Shown: positions 48,781 to 61,558, counted from the stretch's first letter. The stretch: 64,000 nt of DNA from Octopus sinensis (GCF_006345805.1 NC_042998.1:183768001-183832000), one strand, 5' to 3'. Notes: generated by a model not told the origin, from the letters alone. A program made the numbers and translations.

Positions 48781-49196
48781 ACCGAAGGCCGGATATTGTA
48801 AGCTTTAGAGGGGCACATAAGAGTGCCTAATAATCGACGTGACAGGGCCAGGAGATCAACATATTATCACGAAAGAAAGAGAAAAGATTGATAAATATGG
48901 AGACCCGAGAATTGGGATCGCCAAGGTGTGGCTGCTATGAGAGTCAAACATAAAAGTTGTCTCTCTTGTCATCGGAGCATTGGGTTCAATACCACCCAAC
49001 CTGAAGAAACATCTGAAAACTTTAAAAATACCCTACAACCTAGGTGTATTGCAAAAATCGGCATATTGTGTAAAATACTGTTTGTTTGAGGTCCTTGTGA
49101 CTTGACAGTACAAACCCCCGGTTGACATGATATCTTCAGTCAACATCATGATACTGGATACTGTGCGACGTCTTAAATAATAATAATATTATTATT

Positions 49197-49256
<60 letters not shown>

Positions 49257-49257
<1 letters not shown>

Positions 49258-49510
49258 TTTTCTTTATTAACCACTAAGGGTTCACAAAATCATTGGGGGC
49301 GTTACAGGATAATATGATGTGGGATTACATAAAAGGCGTGCAAAAAGTAAAAAACAGTAACAAAATAAAATTATAACAATGAATAATTCTCGCAAAAATG
49401 GAGACTTGTTAGGGTTGCTCGGGAGACTCCACAAAACCACGGTCGTCCTGACCACTAGGGCAAGTGCCCAATCCACATCGTCCGCCTTCAACCTACAGCC
49501 ACATACTCAG
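49257..49510 (-). mobile_element. Tx1/L1-type 3' end running into (ATT)n
   Basis: Minus strand ends ...cccttagtggttaataaagaaaac|attattatt, the same terminal motif as the other Tx1 tails. Confidence 0.6.
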
Positions 49511-49519
49511 AGTAGGCCC

Positions 49520-50543
49520 ATTCACTCAGACCATTCTTGCAACATTCATCTACCTTATTGCTGGGATGTATTGCTTTCTGGCAAAAAACAACAATACAAA
49601 TGTTAGTTAAGAAATGGTGCGTCACGGGCTCAGTGCACACCGTCCCAAAACAAAAGACTCTACAGTTCGAACGCCAGAAGTTATTCAGAACGTTCACCAA
49701 AAGATTACTTGAAGTTTAAAGAAGTCAATATGTAAATTGGCGCCACAGTCTCACATAAGTAGAAAGTTGAAGCCATATCATTTCACATGTGTACAGCAAT
49801 TAAAAATGGACAAGTATAAACGAGTAAATTACTGCACATGGCTTCTGAATAGCATTGCTAATGGTGAGCTAACCCATTCTAGTACACAATGAGTGATGAG
49901 GCATGGTTCCATCACTCTGGCCACGTAAATTCACAAAATATACAGTACCTGGCGGTGAAAATCCTCCCCTTGTACATGAGCAGCCACTCCACAATAAAGA
50001 AATCGGTGTTTGGTGTGCTGTTTCAGGAATACGTACCATTGGACCGATATTTTTTGACAGTACTGTCAATACGGAGGTCTACATAGACATTTTGGACTAA
50101 TTTTGTGCTCAATTCACTGAAGATGAGAAACAGTTGTATTTCTTCCAGGAGGATGGAGCGACTTTCCACTCTTCTCCGGTGTCCGTGGGATCTTCTCTGG
50201 GGAACGCACTGTTAGCAAAAATTTGTGGCCGTCACGTTCACCTGACCTTTCAACGTGTCATTATTATCTCTGAGGACACTTGAAGAGTACGGTGTACAAA
50301 CAAACAAAAAATCCGCTCATAATTCAAGAGCTGAGGGATAATATCACGCAAGCATTCGCCGTCATCGATGTCATTATTTTGCGCCGGATGTACGTAAATA
50401 TGGTTAGACGTGCACAACTATGTATTAATGCCGCAGGGAATCATTTTGAAAATCTTCTGAGTCCTTTCCAGCAGTTGTAAATTTGTTTCTGTATTTACAG
50501 TATGCTTCGGAACCCGAGCGACTTTTTCTCGCACCACACTGTA
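49520..50543 (+). mobile_element. Decayed IS630/Tc1/mariner element (DUF4817-type)
   Basis: KTTIQMLVKKW..TGSV, MSDEAWFH.SGHVNSQN, GVWCAVS...IGP.FFD, FQEDGAT, WPSRSPDL; right end ...gcaccacactgta. Confidence 0.85.
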
Positions 50544-52183
50544 TTATCTGTCATAGTACGCAAGCATGCACCGCACACACGAAAAACAATACACTTACAG
50601 ACATCATCATAGAGGCAAGCAATTTTAAATTACAAATTCTTCCGCAGATGTAAATATCTTGAACGGTCTTTAGTGAATTGCAGTTTCGAGACGTATCTCT
50701 GAATCTCTCCTGTTCTGTAAAAGCAAACTCATTGGTAAAAAATAGCGAAGAGCATCAGAACTATGTCGAATATAACTAGACAGAAGAAACTTCTTACTCT
50801 CCTCGACAAGTCGCTAATGGCTATCGTGCTACAGCCTAATTATGCACTTTCACACATCCTAATTAACGAACAATTCAACAACTGAAGCCTATTATATAGG
50901 GCTAACCTACAAACAATTATTGAAATTCACGTCAACATGTACATTCTCAATGTAACGACTAGTTCTTTATACACTTAAGCCAGTGTCACGACCAGCTGTG
51001 CTTTCCACGACGACGAATTTTTCCAGTAATTTTTGCGAACAAATAAATGGATGCTTATAAAGAATTCTCGTCTTTGTCTTAGTTTTTCTTTTTCTTGAAC
51101 TGATACCTATAACAATGCTCTCTGAAATCACATGACTATTCGCTTCCTGACCTTCCTTTATTAAGACAGCCTGACGTTATATGAGAAAGATTTGGCTGTT
51201 AAATCTAACATGTTAAGTGACCACGTAGAGGCTTCCACATTCAAAGATCACAATTTGTAGAGACATGGCTAATGAGAAGCACAGGCATAGAGCGTGCTAA
51301 ATATTTCAGAAAATCATATTTGAAAGCAAAACGTAGGCGTCCAGGATTTTTTCAATTCCCACATATAACTGGAAAATGTGACTTGAGTTTGATTTCATGC
51401 ATATTTCTGAGCTATATTGCCATAAGCTAATGACAAAATCTAGTTGTGTGATCCGATTAAAAAAGAAAACATCTAGGAAATTACAGAAGAGGATCAAGGG
51501 AGGAAGAGAAACATATGTCAGATATCGGTAGAGGATTGCCGCAATAAAGGAGTTTTTCCGGCGGAAGCTGGTAATCGAACGTTTGTAGATCGTACTCTGA
51601 GCAAGACCTATGGAACTTTGGGAATTTCAGGAGCTCGCAGAAGAGCTATCAAGAACAACGTAGAGTCTGTTGAAAAAAGTGTCTAGATGGCTCTGGATGA
51701 AAAGATCTTATCGACAGGGCCACTAGAATGCCGCTTGAACACTGGCCTAAGTCTTGATCAACCAAGGTTGGGTTACCTGGATGAAGGTTGTATGTTGTAA
51801 GACCCAAAACATCCAGTAACTTCAAGATAAAATACTAATAATGTGTCCAAGCACTGCATCCACAGATGTTTGTTGTGCTAGATATCTAAATGTCTGTGCT
51901 TATAAGAAAACAGAAGCTACTCGTGATAAAAAGAATTTGCGAATATGAGGGTTTCAGTGAGTAATGTAAGAATGGGGACGGGATTTACTACTGATGGACT
52001 TATTGTTGTTTACCTCCTTCTCAACCCTCATTGAGAGGGTCTATGGTTATAAACGTTCCAACTGTGACCAACTCGTCTATTTTCAGACAATAGAGGATTA
52101 CATTTTTCTGTTCTTTCGTCAATATTGTATATCGCGCGCGCACACACACACATAACGCGCAGGGATAACAATAAAGCTACATG

Positions 52184-52322
52184 CACTAGCGTAGTTGGGG
52201 GTAGGGCGACATGGTTGTTCTGCCACTTTTGGGTCCGCTGTAAAAATATATGTTTTTTGTGGGGTCCGGGGCGGCAAACGGAAGGGGCGCCCCGAGCGGC
52301 ACACACACTAGCTACGCTAGTG
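52184..52322. mobile_element. Short hAT-type MITE
   Basis: TIR CACTAGCGTAG / CTACGCTAGTG; degenerate 8-bp TSD GCTACATG / GTTACATT. Confidence 0.65.
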
Positions 52323-53084
52323 GTTACATTTATAATTTTCCCTTTATTTCCTACGCTCTGCCAGAAAGGTGGTCCTTTTCCGGTCTAAGTGGCACAAAAA
52401 TTCAAAGTGATCAAATAACCCATATTTTTTTAAGTATAGGTTTGAAAATGGACAGTAGATACACGAAGAGAATATTATCAAGTTTCTAAAAACACACACA
52501 CACACACAAAAGAGAATTATATATAATAAATGGCATAGGTATGTTTGTGTTGTAAAATAAAACACGTGATTCATGTGTCGCAGAAAAATAGTGATATTTG
52601 TGTGTATGCGTGTATTAAACTTCCCCTTAGTTCATATGTAGTGTAAACAGGAAAAAATGCTGAGAAAATAGAAAATATTGAGAAAAGAAAATAACACACA
52701 TGGTTGTAACTTTGGGATGTACGGCAAATTTCTCTCTCATTCAGCTTAACATGCCTTTTTATTATAAACAGCTGACGACGTGAATGAACGAAAAGCTGAT
52801 TTTGATTTGCATATTGCCTTTGCTATATCCTGGCTGAAATGAGAGTGCAAATAAAGCAGTTTGGTCATGACTGCCGAGTATTGAATACAAAAGTACAAAA
52901 GTGTAAGCTCTGTTGGGTTCAGCTTTATATACATAAAATGCTCCAGTAATTGGTTGATAAGATTAGCGAAAAAGAGTGAAAAACCAAAGCGCCATCTTGC
53001 TGCATGAAGTCGCTACATATATATACAAATAATTGAAATAGTGTAATACATTTTATAGCATAGAGAAATCTAACAAGAAATGTT

Positions 53085-53504
53085 GGATTTTTTCGGTTTG
53101 ACCGGCAGTTTTTTAAAATAATTTCTACGTAACTAAACACTTTTAAACTTCGTATACTGGTAGGATGTGTTTATAAAACATCTTTTTCTCTTGGCTTTAT
53201 TGAGAAAATTCTATAGTTTGTAAGATATTTGTTGTTTTTCTTCTTCAATTTCTGCAATTTCAACCAATCAGTGACGTCTATTGAGTTAAAAAGCATTATG
53301 TGCCGTATGAATATTCCCTCGTTTAAGAAACAGATTGGGTTTATTTACATTTCTGAAGAAAAAAAGATACCCTTCCCCTAACCCAAACTAACCCTAACTC
53401 TAAAACAGATTGAAATGTAATAGATCGATACTAGGGTCATAATTATGGGTGACAATTTCATATGACACCGCTAGAAAAAACTGCCGTTCAAATCGAAAAG
53501 ATCC
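53085..53504. mobile_element. M1 MITE
   Basis: Perfect 8-bp TSD GAAATGTT at 53077-53084 and 53505-53512. Confidence 0.93.
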
Positions 53505-53620
53505 GAAATGTTAACTATTTAATGGAGGATAAATATTTAGGTAACATTTCATCTCTCTCCGAAGAAGGATTAAGCCCGGAGTGTTAGACTTCTTCACGGT
53601 TTAATATTATTGAACGAAGT

Positions 53621-54370
53621 GGATCTTTTCTGTTTGGTTGCCAGCGGCTGCTAACGTAAATTTTCTGTTCGAATTGATTTCATATTCAGTGTAAAGATAC
53701 ACTTTTATAGGCTTATTAATGACGGAAAAGTAATCAATAAATAAAGAGTTATTAATAATTAAAGTTTGAAAATTTTCGTAATTTTAGCCAATCGTAAGTC
53801 ACATACACATTCATGTCTGTTTCGATAGTAACATGCGGAAACAGGAAGAACTATTGCCTGTTGCTGTAGTAACAGCCTTTGAAAAGTCTTTTATTTTACG
53901 TGTTGACAGCAGGCTTTGAGAAGTCTTTCATCTGCGAGGAAGCATGTTGACAAATGTTTGTTTACTCGTTTCTTTTTGCCATCGAGGTGTGCCAAAAATA
54001 ACAGCTAAATAAGATTTTGGGGATAAATCTTTTAAATCAAAATTAATTGAGGTGTACTAAAAATAACAGCTAAATAAGATTTATTTACATGAAAGAAAAT
54101 TACCGGTGACATAATACGTATCGTTTACAAATATTGACAACACGCGCTATTTTCAGGATATTGACGACAAAATGTGCAGTCACGCACAAAATGACAGCTT
54201 CCAAATCCTGTTTCAAACTTTAAACCTCTATAATTTTTTAAAATATTTTTATGGAAAAAATAAAATAACTCCAGCAATTCAGTTTGGGTAAGTGCATTAT
54301 TGTGCCAAATTTTAGAATTTTCAGTCAACTTTAATTTTTGGAGCCGCTGGCAACCAAACAGAAAAGATCC
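53621..54370. mobile_element. 750-bp MITE (family M2; GGATCTTTTCTGTTTGGTTGCCAGCGGCT TIR), Merlin-like
   Basis: 29-bp TIRs; perfect 8-bp TSD AACGAAGT at 53613-53620 and 54371-54378. Confidence 0.92.
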
Positions 54371-54380
54371 AACGAAGTAA

Positions 54381-55000
54381 TATTCTTTTCTATTCTAGGC
54401 ACAAGGCACGAAATTTTTGAGGAGAGAAGGCCAGTCGATTAGATAAACCCAGTACGCAACTGGTACTTAATTTATCGACCCCGAAAGGATGAAAGGCAAA
54501 ATCGACCTCAGTGGAATTTGAACTCAGAACGTAAAGACGGATGAAATAACTCTAAGCATTTCGCCCGGCGTGCTAACGTTTCTTATTTATTTATTGCCCA
54601 CAAGGGGCTAAACATAGAGGGGACAAAGAAGGACAGACAAAGGGGTTAAATTGATTACATCGACCCCAGTGCGTAACTAGTACTTAATTTATCGACCCCG
54701 AAAGAATGCAAGGCAAAGTCGACCTCGGCGGAATTTGAACTCAGAACGTAGCGGCAGACGAAATACCTATTTCTATTTCTTTACTACCCACAAGGGGCTA
54801 AACACAGAAGGGACAAACAAGGGCAGACAAACGGATTAAGTCGATTATATCTACCCCAGTGCGTGACTGGTACTTATTTAATCAACCCCGAAAGGATGAA
54901 AGGCAAAGTCGACCTCGGCGGAATTTGAACTCAGAACGTAACGGCAGACGAAATACTGCTAAGCATTTCGCCCGGCGTGCTAACGTTTCTGCCAGCTCGC
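54381..55000 (-). mobile_element. Second SINE trimer (two Tx1-tailed units plus one alternative-tail unit)
   Basis: Junctions GTTTC|TTATT at 54582/54583 and AAATACC|TATTTC at 54767/54768. Confidence 0.93.
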
Positions 55001-55128
55001 ATTATATTTTACCGACTCAGAACATCACCAGTTTACTCAGATTCTACTGTTTTATTATTTCTTTTATTCATGTTTAGAGAGCAAAACGATTGAAAAGTCA
55101 GTTAACTAATTTAATGTAAAGCTTTTGG

Positions 55129-55182
<54 letters not shown>

Positions 55183-55184
<2 letters not shown>

Positions 55185-55935
55185 AATTATTGTATTCAGT
55201 GCTCAGGTGCACCACAACTTGTCAGAAAGTGCATATAAAGCATATGCAGTAATGTACAAATGTCTGGAAAGTGAACAGTGTATGAGTCAGATACATGCTT
55301 GCGTGTGTATGGAGTGGAGAAAATCAGGTGTAGTATTGGCGAATCTCAGGAAGCATGGAAGTTTTGAAGGATGCATTGCTCCGACAACTAACAACTGATG
55401 CCGGCAGTTTGTCCCATGCTTCAGCAACTCTTAGCGTGAAAAAATGCTTCCGAAAGTCATGGGTGCTGTGCTGTTTTCTGACTTTGTAAACATGTCCACG
55501 GGTGTTAGACAGATGGAATTTGAAAAGGTGCTCAGAGATATTGTTTGTAAGATGGTTAATAATTTTATGGGTGTCTGCCAAGTCAGCTGCCAGACGTCGG
55601 AGTTTCAATGTATCCATGCCCAGGGAAGTAAGGCGTTCAGAATATGGCAAATGCCTGATGGAGGGTATTCTTTTCGTTGCATGTCGCGGAACGGCTTCCA
55701 GACGATTAATATCTTGGGCAAGATAGGGGTTCCAGACCGGGGATGCAAATTCCAGGTGAGGTCGCACCATAGCTATATAAAGCCGCAGATAGATATCTGG
55801 AGAGCGGCTCACAAAGGACTTGGTGAGTGATGCCAAGATACCCTCAGCCTTCTTGGCAATTTTAGCAATGTGTTTTGTCCAACGCAAATCGCTGTCGACA
55901 ATAATGCCCAGGTCACGTTCACAATGAAACAACTA
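55183..55935 (-). mobile_element. 5'-truncated CR1-clade LINE
   Basis: ERDLGIIVDSDL...VRPHLEFASPVWNPY...INRLEAV..YSERL..L.M.TL..RRL.ADL; (ATT)n tail at 55129-55182. Confidence 0.92.
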
Positions 55936-57208
55936 TAATGAAACACCTTATTGTTATATTCTATATCATTAGAGAAGAAGAGAAAGAAAGATTAGTATTA
56001 CAGCCGTTAACTTGTTAAAAGTTCTATTAACCTTTCTTCTTTAATGATAGAAACCGCAACTCTCCTTTCAAATACAACTAACCTGGCGTAAGGTTAAACA
56101 TACAGCTCAACATAAATTGGATTAACAGACTTTCTTGTCCGACTAAACATACATATATGCCAGGTTTCCCACAAGCAGGATACTATTCAGATATTTATAT
56201 AATGTTTCACGCTGTCTTGTGTTTGTGCGTGCGCGCACAAGTGTGTTTTCTAGATAGATGTTTAGTCGGACAATTTTGGAAGTGTCTTCCAAAATTTCAT
56301 ACTTCATTTAGTTAACAACACATGGCTTCTATCTTGTCTTCTATCTTCAAAAGTCGAACAAACCACCGACATTTCAAATATGCACTTCAGTTCAGCTAAC
56401 ACTATTTATTTTGATGGAAGATGTTTGTTTAACAATCAAGCCGTTTGCTGACGTTAACGTCACTCTCATCGCCTGATTTAAGAAATCTTATTTACACGAA
56501 GACAATGGTAGTGATGGCAGTGAAATAGGTTTGTAAAATGGATGTACTTTAATGTGCTTTGTTCAACTAACTCAAGCTAGTTCAGAAGCTACTGCAACAG
56601 AATATGGTGTAACAAAGTTCAGCGTAACAGAATACCAACTATGTAACACAAGTAAAGTTCATTTGGAAATATTCCCAGACTTGACTTGTATATCTCGTAT
56701 TACAGACTGAAACTTTCCTTGTTGTTAACAGATTATTAAAAACAAAAATTCATTTATATCATTTAAACTATTGATAATTTTGCCTCACTCTCTCACGCAT
56801 ATTCTATAACTCTTTCTCTTCAACACATTCTTCCACATCGCTTTTCTTACATACACATTATCCCCCATATTTACTCAATGTAGGTTTTCTTTTTCTTTGT
56901 CATACTGTGTAGTTTTTTTTTTTTCTGCTATCTTTCATGTACCTATCTACACTCTTTCTCTCAATATACTTCTCTGCACACGTGTAACATATTCATTCTC
57001 ACATGCTCGCCAAACACACATTCTTGCTCTCGCACACTTTTTCTCTTTCACACATTCTCTTTTATACACACACACACACACACACACTCTCATAAATTTA
57101 TCATATCTATAGACACTCTCTACCTCACATATTACACACTTTGACAGGCAAACTCACGAAACGGTTTCTTTTCTTTCACTATTTCCTATCTTCCCAACTT
57201 CAGAAGTA

Positions 57209-57621
57209 GGATCTTTTCGGTTTGAACGGCAGTTTTTCCTAGCGGTGTCATATGAAATTGTCACCCATAATTATGACCCTAGTATCGATCTATTGCATTT
57301 CAATCTGTTTTAGGGTTAGGGTTAGGGGTGGGGGGAAAGGTATCTTTTTTCTTCAGAAATGTAAATAAACCCAATCTGTTTCTTAAACGAGGGACATATT
57401 CATACGGCACAATGTTTTCACCTCAAAAGACGTCATTGATTGGTTGAAATTGCAGAAATTGAAGAAAAAAACAACAAATATCTTACAAACTATAGAATTT
57501 TCTCAATAAAGCCAAGAGAAAAAGATGTTTTATAAACACATTCTACCAGTATACGAAGTTTAAAAGTGTTCAGTTACGTGGAAATTATTTTTAAAAACTG
57601 CCGTTCAAACCGAAAAGATCC
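57209..57621. mobile_element. M1 MITE
   Basis: Perfect 8-bp TSD CAGAAGTA at 57201-57208 and 57622-57629; internal tagggttagggttagggg. Confidence 0.93.
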
Positions 57622-58189
57622 CAGAAGTACGTTCGTTCGTATGGACAGTTCAGTCATTTCTACTTGTTTTCTTTCATTATTTTCGCGCTACTGATTTCTG
57701 AAACTGTATTAATAATCATTTCTAGTACAGGAAAAAGACCTGAAATTTGGAGAGGGAAGGGTTAGTCAATTAAATTCGCCCCCAGTACTAGATTAATATT
57801 CTATTTTATTGGCCCCGGAAGGGGTCGATAAGTTGATCTCGAAGGGATTTGAACTCAGAACGTTAAGAGCCGAAAAAATACCACAATGCCGATGCTCTAA
57901 CGATTTTGCCCATCCATCGCCTTTTTGAAACTACTTCAGTAATATCCATTTGATAGATTGTACAATCCTTTGTTCAGGATAAGTCTTTGTTTCATGAAAC
58001 CTGTTTGTTGTTCTTTAGCCCCAGTTCAACTCTGATGATTATCCATGATCAAAAATGTTTCATCAGTGAAGATGCCATCAATTTTCTGGCATAGTGCATG
58101 CAAAAATACATTAACTAAGTTCTTTTTAAAGGGAGATTTGATTACGATTTCTTTCGGGTCGAACGATCGCGTACAACAGCGGTAGAAAA

Positions 58190-58550
58190 CACTGGTCTAC
58201 AAAGTTTTTGGTGTTTAGGAAATAGACATCATCCCTATACAAAATCGGTCTCTTGGATCCAAATATAACCTTCTTTTTGACATATCAGATTTAGTTTTCA
58301 AGTTATTGAGCAACCCTATAGTAACTATGTCTGTGTGTACGTCCAGTACGCAGTGTTTGTTACCTTATCCTAAGTTTTTTTTTCCTTTTTCCATACTTTT
58401 TAGATGTTGTGGTGAACTAAGCAATAGAAAAATGAGCAAGATGTCCTCTTCAAGAAAGTGTTGCGTTAATTCTCCAAATGTGTTTTGTTATGCTTGTGGA
58501 GAATACACATTACCTGAAAATCGAAATTATGTCCACATTAAATTTTGAAA
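58190..58550 (+). mobile_element. 5' remnant of a DNA transposon, possibly Chapaev3/CMC-like
   Basis: Starts CACTGGTCTACAAA; ORF start MSSSRKCCVNSPNVFCYACGEYT resembles a transposase N-terminal Cys motif. Family assignment from recall, not a search. Confidence 0.45.
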
Positions 58551-58939
58551 TTGTCCACAGACGAAGCCTTAACACCAAAGCAGTGACTTGAAATATTTGT
58601 GAATTTGTAAAATTAACGGTTCGTTATTTTTCTCACCTCAGAAACGTCTCATACGTCCTTATGAACTTACAATTTACCTCTGGTACTCATTCCTGACGTA
58701 GGGGATCCTTATTGGCTTGTTCATACTTTTGGTTAATGTTTTTACAGTGAAAAAAGTAGTTAAAGGCTTATTAAATTAATCTTGTCTCTACATTTTGAGT
58801 ACAAATTATTGGATCTAGTACACACACTCTCTTTTCGAGATCATTAAAATAATTACCAATAATACTCAAAGTATATCTCTTTTTATAAACGTGCAACGTT
58901 GGGTCCATGTAAGACATCAGTAGAGAAATAATCCTCACA

Positions 58940-59305
58940 TCTTTATATATAAAAGTCAAGTTGTATGTCTGTCTCCTACGATTTAGATTCCTAACTACTC
59001 CCACATTTTGCGGTGCAGTTTAACCAAAACCGGGTATCTTATAGTCGTGATTCATATCGAGCCCTTCTGGGTATTAGCATAATTACCATAATTTTTTTTC
59101 CATTTTAATGCATTTTTTCGCTATTATATAAGGGAAGTAACTTTCTAAAAATGTCTACGATGAGTCAACGATTTAAAAAAAAATTTAATATAATTTTTTT
59201 CCATTTTTAATGCATTTTTTTGCTATTTTTTGGCCATAACTCTCTAAAAATGCTTATATAGTTATTTCCCTTACAAACCCGAGCAACGCCGGGCGATACT
59301 GCTAG
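58940..59305 (+). mobile_element. Non-autonomous Helitron
   Basis: A|TCTTTATATATAAAA...CCCGAGCAACGCCGGG...CTAG|T. Confidence 0.92.
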
Positions 59306-59379
59306 TTTAGTGATAAAACTTCAAGGCATCTAGCTTGTGTTAGGCAAATAAATTAAAATCTAATAGAGTACGTTATTTT

Positions 59380-59572
59380 CAGTGGCGTATGGTAGTTGTT
59401 GTATTGGGTGTGCTTCCACACCCAATGTCACCAAATTTCAAGCAGGAGTATAACAAAAGTTTTCCATTAAGATCCGTGATTAAATTAATGAGTAAGGTTA
59501 ATATTTACAATGAATTTGCTATCTATGATGGGTGTGCAGCGCACACCTAGCAACGAGAAATATACGCCCCTG
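59380..59572. mobile_element. 193-bp hAT-type MITE
   Basis: TIR CAGTGGCGTAT / ATACGCCCCTG; TSD GTTAT(T/A)TT. Confidence 0.8.
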
Positions 59573-59704
59573 GTTATATTCTCAACGATTAGTGATTTGG
59601 TTACATAGCAAAACATAATTATCTTTCTTGGTTTAAGATCTTTTTAAACATTTCTTTTTATAAAAGAAATACTTACAGATTATCCTTTGGAAGGTTTTGT
59701 TTTT

Positions 59705-61503
59705 TTAGCAAAGGCGGAGGTATTGTTTTCAGTTGTGTTTATTTGTTTGTCCATGGACAAGATGTCTCAAGAACCGCTGGATGAATTCGGATGAAACTTT
59801 CAGGGATGGTAGGCCTCGTGACCTACACGAATTGATTAGATTCTGGATTATTTTTCCTGTTTTTTACTTAATTTTTGAGAGCGGTCGGGTTCATTTTTAG
59901 TATTTTCATTTGTGAGAGCAGTCGAGTTTATTTCAGATATTCTCATTTTAAAAATCGTCTTACTCGTTGAGGGGACACGCCGCCGTCGTCTCAGGCTTTT
60001 TGTAAGGTGTACGTGAGTTAGTTTTGACGGAATTTTTGCAGTGTGCACATCGTTTTGTTTTGTGTTAGTGTTTTAAAAAGAACACTTTGTTTATTGTTTT
60101 GTGCTGCTTTGCAGCAATTTGTTTGTGCTTTCTCTCCTCGTTTGAGGAGAGTTGGCTATGGATAGAAGGAAGAGTTTGTTTTATTCAGACCTTAGTGGGT
60201 CTGAATTGCCATCGTCGGAGGAGGAATTCGTACTAGTAGTGAATAGAATAGATAGTCAATTAAAGAAGAAAAGTTTTACGGAAGTTGCGAATAAGGAGGC
60301 GGATCTATCAAAGCTGAAAGTTATGAGAAGATGGTACACAGAGAAGATGGCGACGTAAAGTTGTCGCCACATCAGGAAGTAATAAAAGATATGCAGGAAA
60401 GGACTATTGTGTATTAAGTATATTCCTTAGACGATAAGAAATAGATGTGGCTTGGGTGACAGCGGCTATTCTTTTGGGTAACGAAGAGGAAATAGCTGTT
60501 CTCCAAGCCACGAAAACAGAAGCAACGAATTGGAAAGGACAAACATTGAATATAATAATACAAAGTTCGGTGGAAAACCTAGAAAAAATGGTGGAAACAG
60601 TAACAGTTGGAGATGCAGTATTGAGAGTCAGGGTGGAAGACAGAATCCCTCGATGTTTCAAATGTGGCAAAAAGGGACACATTAGAGTGGACTGCCCTTC
60701 ACCGACTGAGAAAAATCAGAAAGAAGTCAGGAAGGAACCAGAGAAAGCAGAGGAGGAGATATAAATAAACGACGAATCGTGGAAGTGATAGAAAAGCAAA
60801 ACCAGAGGAAGAGAAAGAAAGCAGGTCAGACTGAATGGGAACCCCAATCCACACCCACACCTTCTCAGCCCCACCTCTCCGCGCAGACACCAAACCCACC
60901 CATTCCCCTCCGACACAAAAACATAAAAAGGCACTTACACACAGGAACCCACAAACTACCCCTCTCACTGAAAGTTGTTTTGCATGTATGTTGTTTGAAG
61001 GTGTAGATGAGGAATTTATTGACAAAGCAACGAAATGGAAGAACACAGTGTTCGTTAAGATGGAAGAAAAGACGAGTGTTAAGGGTTGACATATATGTAT
61101 TTTAACATCAGAGAAACAGAAGAATGAAATAGAAAAGTATAAAGGTGGGTACAAGTGTTGGAGAGTGAACTTTGACATGAAAGGGTTGCTAGATGATATG
61201 AAGTATGAGGAACTTATAAAAGAATATGGACTGGATATTTTGGAAGGTAAAAAATTCAAAGGAAAAAGGAAGTAAAGCCACTCGGAGGTGGGGTGAGTAG
61301 CTTCGTTTTCATTTTCTCATTTTCATTTTTCATTCTTGTTTTCATACGCTGTCCTGTGTTTCTTTATCCTTTTTCTTCCCCTTGTTTCGTGTCCCCACAT
61401 GTTTCTGTATTGTCCCCTCTGTGTTCGACCCCCAGTGGGCAATAAAAAAACCCAGGACATTGGCGTTGCCTTGGCGGAGGTTTGCTCTCTCTGAGTGCTC
61501 TTG
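59705..61503 (+). mobile_element. Possible Helentron/DINE-1-like non-autonomous element, split by the ORF1-only retroposon
   Basis: Begins aaggcggaggtattgttttc, ends ttggcggaggtttgctctctctgagtgctcttgtt; resembles HINE-type termini (pattern recall). Confidence 0.45.
60046..61450 (+). mobile_element. ORF1-only (half-LINE-like) retroposon with a Tx1-type 3' end
   Basis: Disrupted gag-like ORF from about 60158 to about 61275 with zinc knuckle CFKCGKKGHIRVDC; then a T-rich UTR and ttgtcccctctgtgttcgacccccagtgggcaataaaaaaa; no room for an ORF2. 5' boundary approximate. Confidence 0.7.
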
Positions 61504-61558
61504 TTGTCATATGCTTTCTGGGTTTTGTCGAACTGTGGAAATTGAATTCATAAATGTA

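Larger units (their letters stand above)
47690..49174 (+). mobile_element. Decayed R4/Dong-type LINE, split by the U6-SINE insertion
   Basis: LHPKANVHRLY..RCKGGRGL, ELHGQFHR, HIVSAC..L...EYKRRHDKVA, WDFDFQTD...RRPDI|..IIDV, KE.EKIDKY; (TAA)n tail. Confidence 0.88.
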
